The translations under genes and the position numbers were made by a program. DNA of 63,873 bases, counting the filler, from Octopus bimaculoides (Eukaryota): the NCBI RefSeq assembly GCF_001194135.2. It is 6 parts of 4 records of this genome, joined end to end, with 100 filler letters (N's around TTAATTAATTAA, not from the genome) between each part and the next. Parts side by side here need not be neighbours in the genome. Positions count along the whole stretch, not along the records: positions 62,241 to 63,873 come from NW_026438443.1; 5 more parts are not named here. The stretch is one strand, 5' to 3'. Shown one piece after another: positions 62,241-63,873 of the stretch. Below the pieces are notes generated by a model, which was given only the letters and a program-made list of their open reading frames with translations, was not told the DNA's origin and did no database searches. Numbering within the stretch: the first letter of the stretch is position 1; the number at the start of each line of letters is the position of its first letter.

Positions 62241-63873
62241 CCCAAAATCTGGTGCTATCAAAACTGGAGAACCCATGAGTATGGCTTTTACTGGTACACT
62301 TCTAGACCTGTCACCATGACTGAAATTTCGGGCTTTACAATTTTTTTCATAAATGGCTTTCGTTTTGTCCTCTGATTTCTTCAAATGTTCTCTGGCAACC
62401 TCAGTAGCTTTGGAAGGTCGGTTTCGAAAAGTAGACACATGGTCTAGCAAGTTCAAGTGGGATTCAGGGCTCTCAGAAGGGCTTGGCTTAACGCTAACAT
62501 GTGGATCAGACAAAACCTTGGACCCTGCTAAATCATTTCCAATTAGCAAGTATACACCTGAAACTGGGAGAGTTTTCTTAACACCAACTTTCACCAAACC
62601 AGACACAAAATCTGACTGCAAATCAACAAAACGAAGAGGTGCACTTGAAATTCCACTAATACCCTCTAATAAAACATAGAGTTAGCAGACGACACGTCCG
62701 AGAAAGGAAGAGTACCTTCCAACACTAGAGACTGGAGTGTGCCTGTGTCCCTAAAAATAGTGATGGGTTGTAATGTGGACTTATCACCCTTAAGTGAGAT
62801 AAACCCTTTTGAAATAAAAGGCAAGTACCCTTCCTCATTGTTAATAATATCAGAAATAGGCTGAGACTTCACATTTACAAAAGCATGTGGAAAGGGTTGT
62901 GACTGATTTTTTAACTTGAGCTTTTTACACTCAGAAATCAAATGGCCTGACTTTCTACAATATCTACAAATAATTGTTGAATGAAAATTTGAATCAGATT
63001 TGGAAACAAAAGGACTGGTTGACTTTCTTAACTCTGAACCACGGGACTTGTTAGGATTCAAACCTGACTGAGCTGAATAAATTATTTTACTTGTCCGACC
63101 TACCTCGAAATTATCCGGATGATAATAACTATACAGCTTGAACTCATGCTTATGAGTAATAGAGTAATCCTCTGCTAAACTAGCTGCTTCCTGTAACTGT
63201 TCTACTCTCTGTTCTTCTAAATAAGTCCTAATATCAATATGAACACACTGTTTGAACTCCTCTAATAATATAAGCTGCCTCAATTTGTGAAAATCTTCCC
63301 CAACTTCTTTTAACACACACCACCTATCAAACAGATTCTTCTTTTCTCTAGCAAATTCTACATAGGTATCCTCACTTCTTTTCTTGGACTGCCTGAATTT
63401 TTGTCAGGGACCAGTTTATACGCTTTTAAAATAGCCTGTTTGACCACCTCGTAACTCAAACTTGTTTCGTTTGATAAAGCCAAATAGACTTCCTGAGCCC
63501 TGCCTTTTAAAACACTTTGTATTAACATTGTCCAATGCTCTACAGGGCATCTCAAATTTATTGCCACCTTTTCAAAATGAAGGAAAAATTTATCAATATC
63601 TTCTTCACTAAATGAAGGCACAAGTCTAATATTTTTCGCTACATCGAAATTTGACTGACCACGAATAGTATCCAACTTTCTACTCTGTAATTCCATTTCT
63701 TTCAATTTTAATTCTTTTTGAATTTCCATTTCCCTTATTGCTTTTTGAAATTCTAATTCTAATTTCCTCAACTCAAACGCATCTGTTTTCTCTGGTTTCA
63801 ACAATGACAAAGCCGAATCTTTGAAAATTTCTTCATCAACCAAATGTTCCAAAACCATTTTGAAAAGCTCTTT
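62241..63873 (-). mobile_element. Ty3/gypsy LTR retrotransposon gag-pol fragment, Gmr1-like (SCAN-like capsid, CCHC knuckle, protease, IN and RT remnants)
   Basis: FDVAKNIRLVPSF.E.DIDKFFLHFEKVA...W...LIQSVLKGRAQE; LRQLILLEEFK; CRYCRKSGHLISEC; FRDTG; LLIGNDLAG. Then an IN C-terminal-like LLDHVSTFRNR..KA.EVAREHL...K..Y.K..KARNF..GD and an RT/RNase H connection-like VKAIL..SPVLIAPDF. Frameshifted; runs off the window end. Confidence 0.9.

Noticed and set aside
1-63873. CRISPR arrays, rRNA genes, prokaryotic operons
   Set aside because: No repeat-spacer array, rRNA-like sequence or gene-dense prokaryotic organisation seen; the window is eukaryotic intron/intergenic DNA.

Overview
Repeat-rich animal genomic DNA. 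The SINE/RTE/Tx1 repeat families and microsatellite load suggest an octopus genome (inference, not tested). The window has many N gaps and five artificial 100-bp scaffold spacers (N44-TTAATTAATTAA-N44). The only host gene I can reconstruct is the 3' part of a minus-strand GH18 chitinase with a C-terminal CBM14 chitin-binding domain. It has six GT-AG exons (44386-44262, 43152-43026, 36666-36460, 28272-28147, 26766-26553, 25956-25784) that splice in frame to 323 aa plus a stop. Its 5' exons, including the DxDxE catalytic motif, were not found. The rest is mostly transposon debris: RTE, Tx1/L1, CR1, R4/Dong-like and Penelope retroelements, a Gmr1-like Ty3/gypsy, mariner and DD41D DNA transposons, HINE/Helentron-like elements and several SINE families. 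The most notable observations are: (1) paired neutralising substitutions at two conserved chitinase active-site residues; (2) a Penelope-type minimal hammerhead ribozyme motif; (3) a gypsy with PR-IN-RT order and in-frame internal deletions; (4) several long hairpins in or near chitinase introns; (5) a SINE whose tail resembles Tx1 3' ends; (6) sharp CpG-depleted/CpG-retaining domains that switch at scaffold joins. I found no bacterial-type systems and no CRISPR, rRNA or genuine tRNA genes. Repeat boundaries are approximate.
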